Assembly (NCBI GenBank): GCA_002269645.1
Contig: NIVC01000563.1
Location: 174,654 to 238,653 of the forward strand
DNA length: 64,000 bases
Source: Macrostomum lignano
Lineage: Eukaryota
Direction of reading: 5' to 3'
Shown here: in pieces, positions 35,944 through 48,100 of the stretch
How positions within the stretch are numbered: the first letter of the stretch is position 1
Layout: each line of letters begins with the position of its first letter
Position numbers and translations under genes: made by a program
The notes under the pieces: model-generated
What the model saw: the letters and a program-made list of their open reading frames with translations, nothing else
Told to the model about the DNA's origin: nothing
The model's database searches: none

Positions 35944-36112
35944 ATGGCGCAACAGGCTGTGAATGTTCACTCAACCTCGCAGACAACAGACAATATGAGC
36001 AGGCATGAGATGCTTGGCTGGATCAACGCGTCAATGCAGACTAATCTGGGCAAAATTGAGGAATTGGCTACTGGCGCAGTTTACTGCCAGTTAATGGATA
36101 TGCTTTTTCCTG
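35944..36112 (+). CDS. MAPRE1: EB1 exon 1
   Basis: ATG at 35944; donor CCT G|gtaaga. Confidence 0.9.
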
Positions 36113-37888
36113 GTAAGAAGCCTCTGCTAGATAATTATATCAGTGATAAAAGGTAAAAAAATTTCATTTTGTTTCACTTTCAGGAACCTTGACATTTAAG
36201 AAAGTTAAATTCAACACAAACCTGGAGCACGAATACATCAACAACTTCAAGTTGTTGCAAGCTCTGTTTAAGAAGCACGGAGTTGACAAGGTTAGTGGCC
36301 AGTTATTTTGGTTATAGTAATGTAGTACTTGACACTGTATTTCATTGCTATTGTTGATGCTGTTGCTAGGATAAATGCAAGTCGAAATATTGAGATGATT
36401 AGGGGCGTCGCCACCTTGGGGGAGGGCAAGGGGGGGACACAGAAGTAAAAGCTGTGGGGGGAGATATGCCAATGCGTTGTCCTTCGCCCCACCTTGTGAC
36501 CCGTTATCAAAATCAATAATCAAGAACAGAGCGTCAAAATGAGTGACTGCCGATCACAGAAATGAGTTCCTGTGGCGCTAAAAATGAGTGCATGTGGCAA
36601 TAGAATGAGTGTCTGTGGCGCTAAAATGAGTGCATGTGGCGCTAAAATGAGTGTCTGTGGCGCTAAAATGAGTGTCTTTGGCGCTAAAATGAGTGTCTGT
36701 GGCGCTAAAATGAGTGTCTGTGGCGCTAAAATGAGTGTCTGTGGCGCTAAAATGAGTGTGTTTGGCGCTAAAATGAGTGTCTGTGGCGCTAAAATGAGTG
36801 TCTGTGGCGCTAAAATGAGTGTCTGTGGCGCTAAAATGAGTGTCTGTGGCGCTAAAATGAGTATCTGTAGAGCTAAAATAAGTTCCTGTGGCGCCAAACC
36901 GAGTGCATGTGGCGCCAAAAATCAGTATTAACAACACTGATTCCCAAAATATAGGAACTAGGAACTTTTCGTTTAAGATTCTTGACTTTTTTCTCCCCCA
37001 CCATAAACTCTATAAACTCCATAAACCATGGTGACACTATTTTAAATTGGTCGGACCAGTTGACTACAATCGCCACGGTCCGGAGCCTTGCGTTGTGTTC
37101 AATTTCAGCGCTTAAGTTGACATTTCCTTTTGCAGTTACTAAAATACGATTTAGAAATGTCTTTCAAGCATTCTTCAAGCATCCAAATTTATTCTGTATG
37201 ACTGGCCTTTAGCTCCACCGCACCACACTGGAGTGGCTTGCCGCCTCACCCTCCACTTCAATCAAAACAGGAGGTGCCAATCGAACGCCTGGTGAAGGCC
37301 CGCTTCCAGGACAACTTCGAGTTCGCCCAGTGGTTCAAGCGCCTATTCGACGCCAACTATTCCGGCGAGCCGTACGACGCCCTGGCCGCCCGATCCGGCG
37401 AGGCCATCGCCGGCAGCGGCAAAGCTGGCGCCGGCCGGCGGACGTCAGGGGCGGCGACGACGATGGCGGCACCGGCGCAGCCGCGAAGGCAGCCGGCGCC
37501 GGAGAGACAGCGGCCGGCGCAGCCGCCTCAAAAGCCGCAGCAGCAGCCGCAGCAGCAGCCTCAACAGCAACCGCAGCCGACAGCGGCGGACCCAGCGGCC
37601 ACCTACCGCGCTCCGGCAGGCGGCAGCGCCACAGCCGAACAGATGCGCAATCGCGTCGCCGCATTGTCCGCCCGCCGCGTGCAAGACCAGCACACCAAGG
37701 ACGGCTTAGTGATGGAGCGCGATTTTTATTACGGCAAACTGCGCCAAGTGGAAATCATCTGCCAGACGGCGGAGCAGCCGAACGATCAGATCCGGCGCAT
37801 CCTGGACATTCTGTACCAGACCGAGGACGGCTTCGCGCAGCCGCAGGAGGGTTCGCCGCCGTACACCGAAGAGCCCGAGGAGTATTGA
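35944..37888 (+). CDS. MAPRE1: End-binding protein EB1 (MAPRE family), 3 exons
   Basis: Exons are 35944-36112, 36184-36290 and 37271-37888. The CH domain reads AVNVHSTS...[10 protein letters not shown]...[11 protein letters not shown]...[10 protein letters not shown]...[12 protein letters not shown]. The EBH domain reads [16 protein letters not shown]...ILDILY, and the protein ends in the canonical EEY. Confidence 0.93.
36184..36290 (+). CDS. MAPRE1: EB1 exon 2
   Basis: tttcag|GA...[21 protein letters not shown]...GVDK|gttagt. Confidence 0.9.
36555..36920 (-). repeat. 21-bp TTTTAGCGCC-family minisatellite (GTGGCGCTAAAATGAGTGTCT)
   Basis: EB1 intron 2; inverted relative to 35229-35312. Confidence 0.92.
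37271..37888 (+). CDS. MAPRE1: EB1 exon 3
   Basis: aaacag|[18 protein letters not shown]...EEPEEY*. Confidence 0.92.
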   Translation, partial: EVPIERLVKARFQDNFEFAQWFKRLFDANYSGEPYDALAARSGEAIAGSGKAGAGRRTSGAATTMAAPAQPRRQPAPERQRPAQPPQKPQQQPQQQPQQQPQPTAADPAATYRAPAGGSATAEQMRNRVAALSARRVQDQHTKDGLVMERDFYYGKLRQVEIICQTAEQPNDQIRRILDILYQTEDGFAQPQEGSPPYTEEPEEY

Positions 37889-38797
37889 TGATTAAATTTG
37901 ATTTGAAGTCCCCAGTTTGACTACTATGAGTAAAAATGTAAGTGTAAGAAACTATATTTTGTAGCACTTTTCATTAAGCTTTTAAATTTGCTGTGAAGTG
38001 TTCGATTTATGTAATTTTAATTAATTTTAGCTAACACTTCCTCTGTAGCCAACTTGCCTTTCTATGACACAAAACAGCTCAATTGTTTTTACGAGCGTAT
38101 CATCGCTTCCATAAATAATTCATCGGAAAAGCACAGATTTTTAGCGATTTTAACTCCGATTTTTATTAGTGTTTTGTTGATTTCGAATTCAATGTTTAAT
38201 TAGTGCTCAACTTTAAAATTGATTTATGACAGAAACTTCTAACATTGAATTAATCCATTTTGCGCTTTACTAACAATTTTATAGTGATATATTTCATTTT
38301 TTCGATGAATCTCCTCAATTTTTTGTGTATTGTAGAGCATTTTTTAATAAAAGAAATGGACAAGAAATAAATCTGTGTGGGTATGCGGATTTATTTACTA
38401 AACTTCGGACTTGATAGGAAATACCCAACTTAATCTGAGATTGACCTCCTATTCCACTCATTGAATTTATTCCACTTATTACAAGGCTGTTGAATGTAAA
38501 AGAAAATATGGTTTACAACATCTATCAGCGCGTTGAAACCACTGCCGGCATATGTCGCCTGCGATAGGATGGCAATCGACAAGGCAAAAGTCGATACACA
38601 TCTGATAATTAAGTCTAACAATAGACATACGAAAGGACCCGGGCTCGAATCTCTTCGTTTTAAGCCAGACAGCGTGCTTTGAATTCAAAGTACTCAATGT
38701 ACTTTCGACCTGTTAGAGTGATACAAGTAGGCCATGCAGTTCGCAGGTGATGAGTCTGGCGAACAGGCAAGCAGCCAGGCCCATTCCGCTGACTCCT

Positions 38798-39793
38798 GAG
38801 CTCACACAGGGTGTACAGTGGCCCTGACTTTCTCATTGGCAGGCATGGTGCATAGGCACTTATGCGACTTGGGGCTTCCCCCCGTGTCCTATTATCAGCT
38901 GTTAGATGAGCTCACACAGGGTGTACAGTGGCCCTGACTTTCGCATTGGCAGGCATAGTGCATAGGCACTTATGCGACTTGGGGCTTCCCCCCGTGTCCT
39001 ATTATCAGCTGTTAGATGAGCTCACACAGGGTGTACAGTGGCCCTGACTTTCGCATTGGCAGGCATGGTGCATAGGCACTTATGCGACTTGGGGCTTCCC
39101 CCCGTGTCCTATTATCAGCTGTTAGATGAGCTCACACAGGGTGTACAGTGGCCCTGACTTTCGCATTGGCAGGCATAGTGCATAGGCACTTATGCGACTT
39201 GGGGCTTCCCCCCGTGTCCTATTATCAGCTGTTAGATGAGCTCACACAGGGTGTACAGTGGCCCTGACTTTCGCATTGGCAGGCATAGTGCATAGGCACT
39301 TATGCGACTTGGGGCTTCCCCCCGTGTCCTATTATCAGCTGTTAGATGAGCTCACACAGGGTGTACAGTGGCCCTGACTTTCTCATTGGCAGGCATAGTG
39401 CATAGGCACTTATGCGACTTGGGGCTTCCCCCCGTGTCCTATTATCAGCTGTTAGATGAGCTCACACAGGGTGTACAGTGGCCCTGACTTTCGCATTGGC
39501 AGGCATAGTGCATAGGCACTTATGCGACTTGGGGCTTCCCCCCGTGTCCTATTATCAGCTGTTAGATGAGCTCACACAGGGTGTACAGTGGCCCTGACTT
39601 TCTCATTGGCAGGCATAGTGCATAGGCACTTATGCGACTTGGGGCTTCCCCCGTGTCCTATTATCAGCTGTTAGATGAGCTCACACAGGGTGTACAGTGG
39701 CCCTGACTTTCGCATTGGCAGGCATAGTGCATAGGCACTTATGCGACTTGGGGCTTCCCCCCGTGTCCTATTATCAGCTGTTAGATGAGCTCA
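38798..39793. repeat. 110-bp tandem repeat, 9 copies
   Basis: GAGCTCACACAGG starts at 38798, 38908, 39018 and onward; the array ends on GAGCTCA. Confidence 0.95.
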
Positions 39794-40779
39794 GCGAGGA
39801 GCGATAAAAGTAGGTGAAAATCGAACAATTGATAGGGCAGTTATATTCCAGTTGCAGCAGTTGTTTATTGTATTTACACCTTCAGAAATATGTATATTTA
39901 TAGAGAGAGAGACACAAGCTAGATATCCCTAGCTTATTTGAATTGAATTTGTTGCATTTTCATTCACAAACAGCAAGCGTAAAAGACAGATAACGCGACA
40001 TCGACATCGATATGCATACCAGCATAAAAGTATGCATGTTGAGATAAGATTGCGAAATAATTGAAAATTATTAATAATTAATAAACTGGCCTTTTGTTGA
40101 GAATGAGGGCGTCCCTTCCATGTAAGCAAGTAAATTATAATGAATTTCAAAAAATTGATTGGGTCTATTATTTTTATTAATGAAAGATAGTAGTTTATAA
40201 ATGGATTCAACAGTATTGTAAAATAAGCTCATTAGATTAAAATATTAATACAAAACTTTCGAGAATTGTTGCAAGAAGGAAAAAAGTACAAACCATTAAT
40301 AAAGTAAGCTCGATTATTTTTAAACGTCAACCTAATTTTAAAAATAAAACCGCACTCATGACGTGAACAGACCAGAATAACAAAAAACCCGGCTTTATTT
40401 GTCTAAATCGAGTACAGATACATGTACATTATTTTAATTTGAAGTTAGAAAAAACTACACTATATCGGCGATTTTAGATAGCTTCGTCAACTACCATAGT
40501 ATTGATGCACACGTGTGTACTGATATGTACAGGGCACTGGTAGCATAAAGTTGCATAGTTTCTTAATAATCAGTTCATGGAAATGGGCTCTTATGTAGTA
40601 TATTAGAGATGTGAGACACCGATATCGAATTGAATTCATCAAGTACAATTATTTGCATAATAGGGCCTGTAGACTAACAAGATTCTATTGCAATACTAAT
40701 GAGATTTTGTAATTTTGTGTCGCCTGATCTCTTCCGCCATCTCCCCAGAAATATTTCCTCTCTCCTCGCCCCTGCATGC

Positions 40780-41468
40780 TCTCTTTCCGCCCCTCCCTCC
40801 TCTCTTTCCGCCCTCCCTCCTCTCTTTCCGCCCCTCCCTCCTCTCTTTCCGCCCCTCCCTCCTCTCTTTCCGCCCCTCCCTCCTCTCTTTCCGCCTCTCC
40901 CTCCTCTCTTTCCGCCTCTCCCTCCTCTCTTTCCGCCCCTCCCTCCTCTCTTTCCGCCCCTCCCTCCTCTCTTTCCGCCTCTCCCTCCTCTCTCTACCCT
41001 TCACTCCTCTCTCTCCAACCTTCACTCCTCTCTCTCCAACCTTCACTCCTCTCTCTCCAACCTTCACTCCTCTCTCTCCACCCTTCACTCCTCTCTCTCC
41101 AACCTTCACTCCTCTCTCTCCAACCTTCACTCCTCTCTCTCCAACCTTCACTCCTCTCTCTCCAACCTTCACTCCTCTCTCTCCACCCTTCACTCCTCTC
41201 TCTCCAACCTTCTCTCTCTCCAACCTTCACTCCTCTCTCTCCACCCTTCACTCCTCTCTCTCCACCCTTCACTCCTCTCTCTCCAACCTTCACTCCTCTC
41301 TCTCCAACCTTCTCTCTCCAACCTTCACTCCTCTCTCTCCACCCTTCACTCCTCTCTCTCCAACCTTCACTCCTCTCTCTCCAACCTTCACTCCTCTCTC
41401 TCCAACCTTCACTCCTCTCTCTCCAACCTTCTCTCTCTCCAACCTTCACTGCTCTCTCTCCAACCTTC
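40780..41468. repeat. Compound pyrimidine minisatellite (about 21-bp CCTCTCTTTCCGCCCCTCCCT, then 21-bp CCAACCTTCACTCCTCTCTCT)
   Basis: Visible directly. Confidence 0.9.
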
Positions 41469-41707
41469 CCTACAATCTTTACGCGCCTTCCTTCCTTTCT
41501 TCCCTTTTTAATCTTATAAACCGCCGCATGGCTTCTCCCATAAATATTTCTTTTTTAATCTATCCACAGTAAAAGTTATTATTCTTAGTTTTCACACGAG
41601 AATCTGTTGTGTACGAGCGTAGTTTTGGCCGAATTCAAACCGAGTGCCGCTAAGACCGCTGCTATAAAATAGGATTAACCGCACATCAGGGAGGCGCGAC
41701 AAGCAAG

Positions 41708-41708
41708 C

Positions 41709-41742
<34 letters not shown>
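41708..41742. repeat. (CAA)11 microsatellite
   Basis: Visible directly. Confidence 0.9.
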
Positions 41743-42060
41743 TCAGAAACAGGCGGGCAAGCGGGCAAAGGCTAGAAAGTGGAGATCAGGGACAAAATTA
41801 CTAAGTTGGGGAGTATTAATTTATATGGCTGAGAATAGTACACGATATTTTGCGTCTGTCATGATAAGAATATGCAAATAACACTACTTAGAGACAAGTA
41901 GTAACAGGCAGAATATCGCGAGCATTATATCATATTTTCTTCTAGTTTCGACAAGAAAAAATCAAATTGCAACAACAAATAATCTTCTTTAATAACAGAT
42001 ATCAGATATAGGCAAAGGTAAAGCAAAAAAGCTTAACGAACGGAGAGAGACGGATGGGGG

Positions 42061-42146
42061 TTAATCAAAGCCGACCTTGGCCACCTTCCAGTCCAGGGTC
42101 AGGTCTGGCGGCATTGCACTGCTGATGCCGGGAAATCCAGACGGAT
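42061..42146 (-). CDS. PKNOX1: Prep probable last coding exon
   Basis: ccctggcttacag|AT...; the phase-compatible reading gives [28 protein letters not shown]; a GC-rich island in AT-rich DNA. Confidence 0.55.
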
Positions 42147-45100
42147 CTGTAAGCCAGGGAATGGCATACGGCATTATTAACTGCGTGTAGTCTTTACTTT
42201 GCAGGCAACTCAAAAATTAGCTCAAAAGTCATGCAGAAGCACGGTCTCTAGGATAGTAATAATAATAAATAATACTAGTAATAATTGATTAAACTTGCTC
42301 AGCCTTAGCTATTGCGCGGCGCATCTGAAGGCTGCGTACGGCTGTTCAGTCCAAGGACTGGGGGGGTCGCCACACACAGCCTCAATTACCCCAGCTAATG
42401 CTGGCACCCATTTTACAGCTGGGTGAACTGAAGCAATGCAGAGTTAAGTGTCTTGCTCAAGGACACTAATTGTTTCAGTGTGATCGGGAATCGAATCCCC
42501 GACCTTTCAACCGTGAGTCCGACGCTCTAATCAACAGGCTACAACCCCTTAGGATAGTAAACAGCTTAAAAAATCTCACCCCATGGGATAGTAGATAACT
42601 ACAAAATCTCACCCCATGGGATAGTAGATAACTACAAAATCTCGACCCATGGAATAGTAGATAACTACAAAATCTCACCCCATGGGATAGTAGATAACTA
42701 CAAAATCTCAGTCCATGGAATAGTAGATAACTACAAAATCTCAACCCATGGAATAGTAGATAACTACAAAATCTCACCCCATGGAATAGTAGATAACTAC
42801 AAAATCTCACCCCATGGGATAGTAGATAACTACAAAATCTCACCACATGGGATAGTAGATAACTACAAAATCTCACTCCATGGAAAAGTGAATAAACTGC
42901 AAAATCTCACCACATGGGATAGTAGATGACTACAAAAAAACTCACCCTATTTAATACAAAGGCAATGCATGTCTATTAGTTCAAATCCCAGCTAATCTAC
43001 TGATAGTAGCATAATAATTTTCCCGCTAAAAATAAATAAACAGTCGCTCACTGTGCTGCGCCAGGTACTGCTGGTGCTGCTGGTGAAGGTGCTGATGCTG
43101 GTGCTGGGCCGAATGCCCAAAACCGCCGCCAACGCCGCCGCTGCCGCCGCCTCCGGCCCCGCCGACGCCAGCAACGGCATCGGCGACCTCGTCGTCCTCG
43201 TCTGGCCCGTCAGAATCGTCGCCGGCTTCGTCGTAGCTGCCACCGTCGTCGTCGGAGTCGACGGGATTGGGCATCGGGTTGGACAGCTGGGCCGCTGACG
43301 CTGGGGTGCCGAAGCCAGCTTGCTGCTGATGAAATGGCGGCAACTGCTGCTGATGGAGCTGATGATGGGGATACAGGCCTAGCAGAGGCTTAGTGTCGTG
43401 ATGCTGCTGCTGCTGCTGGCTAGAGACCGCCTCCTCCTTGACTACTCCAGTTGGACCAGACGATGACTGGAGCTGCTGCTGCTGGTGCGCCGCCGAGGAC
43501 TTGCCAGTCGGAGCCGATGCTGCCGCAGCTGCAGCTGCCGCCGCGGCCGCCTGACTACTAGCGAGATTAGCCGGCCAGAAGCGGACATTGCTTGGCCGAT
43601 TTTGTTGAGCTTTTTTCTTCTTCTGGCTACTCTCGGGCGATGAGGCATCCAGCATCGGTTGGAGGATGCGCCGGCGAGCGTTAATGAACCAGTTGTTCAC
43701 CTGCAGCAGGGTCAGGTTGGTCTGGCCCGCCAGCTGCCGCTTCTCGTCCTCGGTCGGGTACGGATGCTGCAGATGAAGATCGGGGATTTGTGCTCACTGA
43801 TTGGAGAAATATTATTGTTTTTTCTTTCTTAGCAATTTTGATAACGGGCGTTGAGCTCAGTTAAAATCGCATTACAAAATCTCAGTACTTGCGGGTAGGA
43901 TAGTCTTAGTCTACAAACTCTCACCCATTAAAAAGCGAAAGACCAAAGTTCACTCCATAGAGAGAGCCATAGACTACAAAATCTCACCCTTAAGGAGCAA
44001 AATCTCACCCTTAGAACAGCAGCCGAAAACTACAAAATCTCATCCTTAAGGAACACAATCTCACCCTTAGGACGGTAGCCAAAAACTACAAAATCTCATC
44101 CTTAAGGAACAAAATCTCACCCTTAGGACGGTAGCCAAAAACTACAAAATCTCATCCTTAAGGAACAAAATCTCACCCTTAGGACGGTAGCCAAAAACTA
44201 CAAAATCTCATCCTTAAGGAACAAAATCTCACCTTAAGGAAAAAAATCTCACCCTTAGGATAGTAGCTAAAAACTACAAAATCTCACCCTTAGGACAGTA
44301 CCCATAGACTACAAAATCTCACCCTTAAGACAGCAGCCATAGACTACAAAATCTCACCCTTAGAACAGCAGCCATAGACTACAAAATCTTACCCTTAAGA
44401 AACAAAATCTCACCCTTAGGGCAGTGAAACGCTAAAAAACTAAATAATCTCATCCATAAGATAATAGAACATGCCGAAACTTTTTAAGCCCGAATAAAAT
44501 CACTACCAAAAGCCATTCCACTGGTATCCAGGTGGCAATAAGAACTGAGAAGCCACAGAAATAGAAGAGCCACAGAAACAGCGGCAGACCAATCCAAGGA
44601 CTCAAACTAAAGACTGAAGATTGAAAACCTAAAACAGCTTGAAGAAGTGAACAGTGCGCCAGCAGAGGGGCGGAAAGATGAAAAAGAAATGATTAGTTAG
44701 AATGCTACGCCAGCAAATGAACTGGAACCTTTCTCGGGAACCTTTCAGGCCGGTCCCGCCTCATGCCAATCATTCGTCATTGATTTTTTTAGAAAAAGAA
44801 CTCTCTCTCACTCTCCATGCCGACACAGCTCTCTCCCATGGCGCGCCACATATCTAGTCTACTGGGCCCTGCTCCCCTCACTCTTCTAACACTTGAAAAC
44901 TGCGGCCATTTCCTACCAAAATATTCTCTCACAAACTCTCTCTCTCTCCCTCACTCTAAAGCCTAAAATCATTTGAAAGATTGGCAGTTCTCAGTGTCTC
45001 TGTCCCTCTCCGCGTGTGAATTACGAGTGCTCCCAGCCAATCTTCTCCATTGCGGCGGCGGCGGCAGCTCGGGTTGCGGCACAGAGCAGGAGGGCGAATT

Positions 45101-48100
45101 GTTGACGCGAAAATCCCGCAGAGAGAGAGAGTGAGTGAGAGAGAAGGGGAACTACGACATGGGGAGAGTAAAGTGCCGGCAGCTCCGCCCACTTTTTCCT
45201 TTCCTTTCCTTCCGTATGGCCGACACTTCCCCCTCTCTCACCGGGCTCTCCTCACACCTTTCACATTTTTATCTCGCGCCACAGGGGGCGCCACACAGAA
45301 TAGAGAAGGAAAATGGTCCGAGAATTGAGGGGGGCGGGGCCCACAATCCTGTTGAATTTTTGGTCCCAATTTTTCGGCAAGTTGAATTGAGGAAAAGAGC
45401 CGATGGTTGAGCATGGGAGAGGAAGCGGAGGGTTGGGGCTTTAGCCACGCGCTGGTCCCAGAACTCACTTAGAGCTCCGAGCGCCGTCTTCTAAGCGCTA
45501 TGCCGCCCGCCCCCATGTTCTCTTTTCAAAAATTTATTTTGACTGACAAGCGGCGGGCCTCGGAGCACAATAGACTCTCGACTCTGGCAAGGCGCCGAGA
45601 GGAAAAGCTTCAAATAATAATGGCGATGCCGGGGCGGGGATATCGAAACCATTCTCTCCCTCAACTGCCCGCATCAGTTTCAGCGCCTATTATTCTCATC
45701 CAAGTCTGCTGCTTCTAGGAGATTGCGTCGCAGAAACATCCTGGCTCCGCCCTTACACAGCCACGCGACCCCTTGTCGGCGATTGCCGTGAGAAAATTTC
45801 TCCCTAAAGCCAACTGATGTTTCAGGAGCAGACCGCGCCTGGTTTCTAGTTTGTGAAGCTTCTAGTTTGTGAAGCTTCTAGCTTGTGAAGCGTCTAGTTT
45901 GTGAAGCTTCTAGTTTGTGAAGCTTTTAGTTTGTGAAGCTTCTAGTTTGTGAAGCTTCTAGCTTGTGAAGCGTCTAGTTTGTGAAGCTTCTAGTTTGTGA
46001 AGCTTTTAGTTTGTGAAGCTTCTAGTTTGTGAAGCTTCTAGTTTGTGAAGCTTCTAGTTTGTGAAGCTTCTAGCTTGTGAAGCTTCTAGTTTGTGAAGCT
46101 TTTAGTTTGTGAAACTTCTAGAATAGTTTGTGAAGCTTCTAGTTTGTGAAGCTTCTAGTTTGTGAAGCTTCTAGCTTGTGAAGCTTCTAGTTTGTGAAGC
46201 TTTTAGTTTGTGAAGCTTCTAGTTTGTGAAGCTTCTAGTTTGTGAAGCTTCTAGTTTGTGAAGCTTCTAGCTTGTGAAGCTTCTAGTTTGTAAAGCTTTT
46301 AGTTTGTGAATCTTTTAGTTTGTGAAGCTTCTTGTTTGTGAAGCTTCTAGTTTGTGAAGCTTCTAGTTTGTGAAGCTTCTAGTTTGTGAAGCTTCTAGTT
46401 TGTGAAGCTTCTAGTTTTTGAAACTTCTAGAATAGTTTGTGAAGCTTCTAGTTTGTGAAGCTTTTAGTTTGTGAAGCTTTTAGTTTGTGAAGCTTTTAGT
46501 TTGTGAAGCTTCTAGTTTGTGAAGCTTCTAGTTTGTGAAGCTTCTAGTTTGTGAAGCTTTTAGTTTGTGAAACTTCTAGAATAGTTTGTGAAGCTTCTAG
46601 TTTGTGAAGCTTTTAGTTTGTGAAACTTCTAGAATAGTTTGTGAAGCTTCTAGTTAGTGAAGCTTCTAGTTTGTGAAACTTTTAGTTTGTGAAGCTTTTA
46701 GTTTGTAAAGCTTTTAGTTTGTGAATCTTTTAGTTTGTGAAGCTTCTTGTTTGTGAAGCTTCTAGTTTGTGAAGCTTCTAGCTTGTGAAGCTTCTAGTTT
46801 GTGAAGCTTCTTGTCTGTGAAAGCGCCCCAGCGAACTTATTCCCAGCCGGGAATATGCGTAAACACACCGAGAGTTACAAGCGCACAAGGGTAACCCCCC
46901 TGTGGTGACACATCGTTACCAAGTTAACGAAGGACTGGCGTGTGAAAAAAATAAATCAAAAATCAGATGCGCGCCCGGCACATCTAGGCCAGTTGTTGCC
47001 TATGCGGTTGGCAATGTTATAAATGCATATAGGGAGGTGGCATATGGGGATGCCTAAATAACAGTAAAACAAGCCGCAAGCTGTCGAGGCCCCGGAGACT
47101 CAGAGGTCAGAGGGCAGGCCAAGCCGGGTTTCTAAGCCCTACGCTTGCAACACTTTATTGACAAAATGTAATTCTATTTATTAACAAAAGAGCCAGCCGA
47201 TTACCCATGCCTTATATACATTGCCCTACTCCACCCTATACGCTCGTATAAGCACACACTCTCAGATCAAGCAAACAGGTTCAAGACCGCAGGTCACGAG
47301 TCCCGGCCCCTTATAAACAGGGCTAACAGCAGGCCTTCCAGTTTAGTCAAATATAAAAGCCACGCTCGCATTGAAAATGCCGTCTATGCCTTCGCAACAA
47401 GCCGAGATAACAAATTACCAAGAGATCCGCTGTGGCTTGGCCTTTTAGCTCAATTGTTGACACAAACTTTGAGACAGATAGCGAATAAAGAGGCCCCATT
47501 AAAAACCTGTAACAACTACAGTATTACTTCTTCTGAGATCTTGGATTGCAATCTAAATTTATTGTTTAAATTTTCAAAGTGAAAACAAAAAAGTTAACGA
47601 TGCAGACAGTTTTAACATTCCTTGACAGATTTTGATTGCAATAACTCAGTGGCTTAGTCAGATGGATTTTCATCTGGGGAAGGGGGTGGTCACGAGCCAG
47701 AGCCACAACACCCGGAGTCAATGCCATTGTAACATAATGTCGGGGAGGGGGGGGCAGAGTTCCAGATTCCTGTCAGTAGAACATACTTTAGCGCCGAATG
47801 TAAGATTTTAGCGCCAATTTAGCGCCGAATGCAAGACTTTAGCGCCCATTTAGCGCAGAATGGAAGATTTTAGCGCCAATTTAGCGCCGAATGAAACTTT
47901 AGCGCCAACTTAGCGCCGAATGGAAGATTTTAGCGCCAATTTAGCGCCGAATGAAAGACTTTAGCGCCAATTTAGTGCCGAATGGAAGATTTTAGCGCCA
48001 ATTTAGCGCCGAATGAAAGACTTAAGAGCCAATTTAGTGCCGAATGGAAGATTTTAGCGCCAATTTAGTGCCGAATGGAAGATTTTAGCGCCAATTTAGT

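Noticed and set aside
36982-37212. Duplicated EB1 exon in intron 2
   Set aside because: Translation on both strands gives no CH-domain match
38430-38700. Penelope GIY-YIG endonuclease remnant
   Set aside because: Only a vague resemblance in a stop-interrupted frame; it cannot be supported without a profile search
38798-39830. Hammerhead ribozyme in the 110-bp repeat
   Set aside because: The minus strand has CTGATAA and GAAA but no matching stems II/III. The plus-strand junction has TAGATGA/GATA instead of CTGANGA/GAAA, and a poor stem I.
42241-42250. Spliced-leader RNA sequence
   Set aside because: Only a short ACGGTCTC match, with no SL hairpin, donor or Sm site
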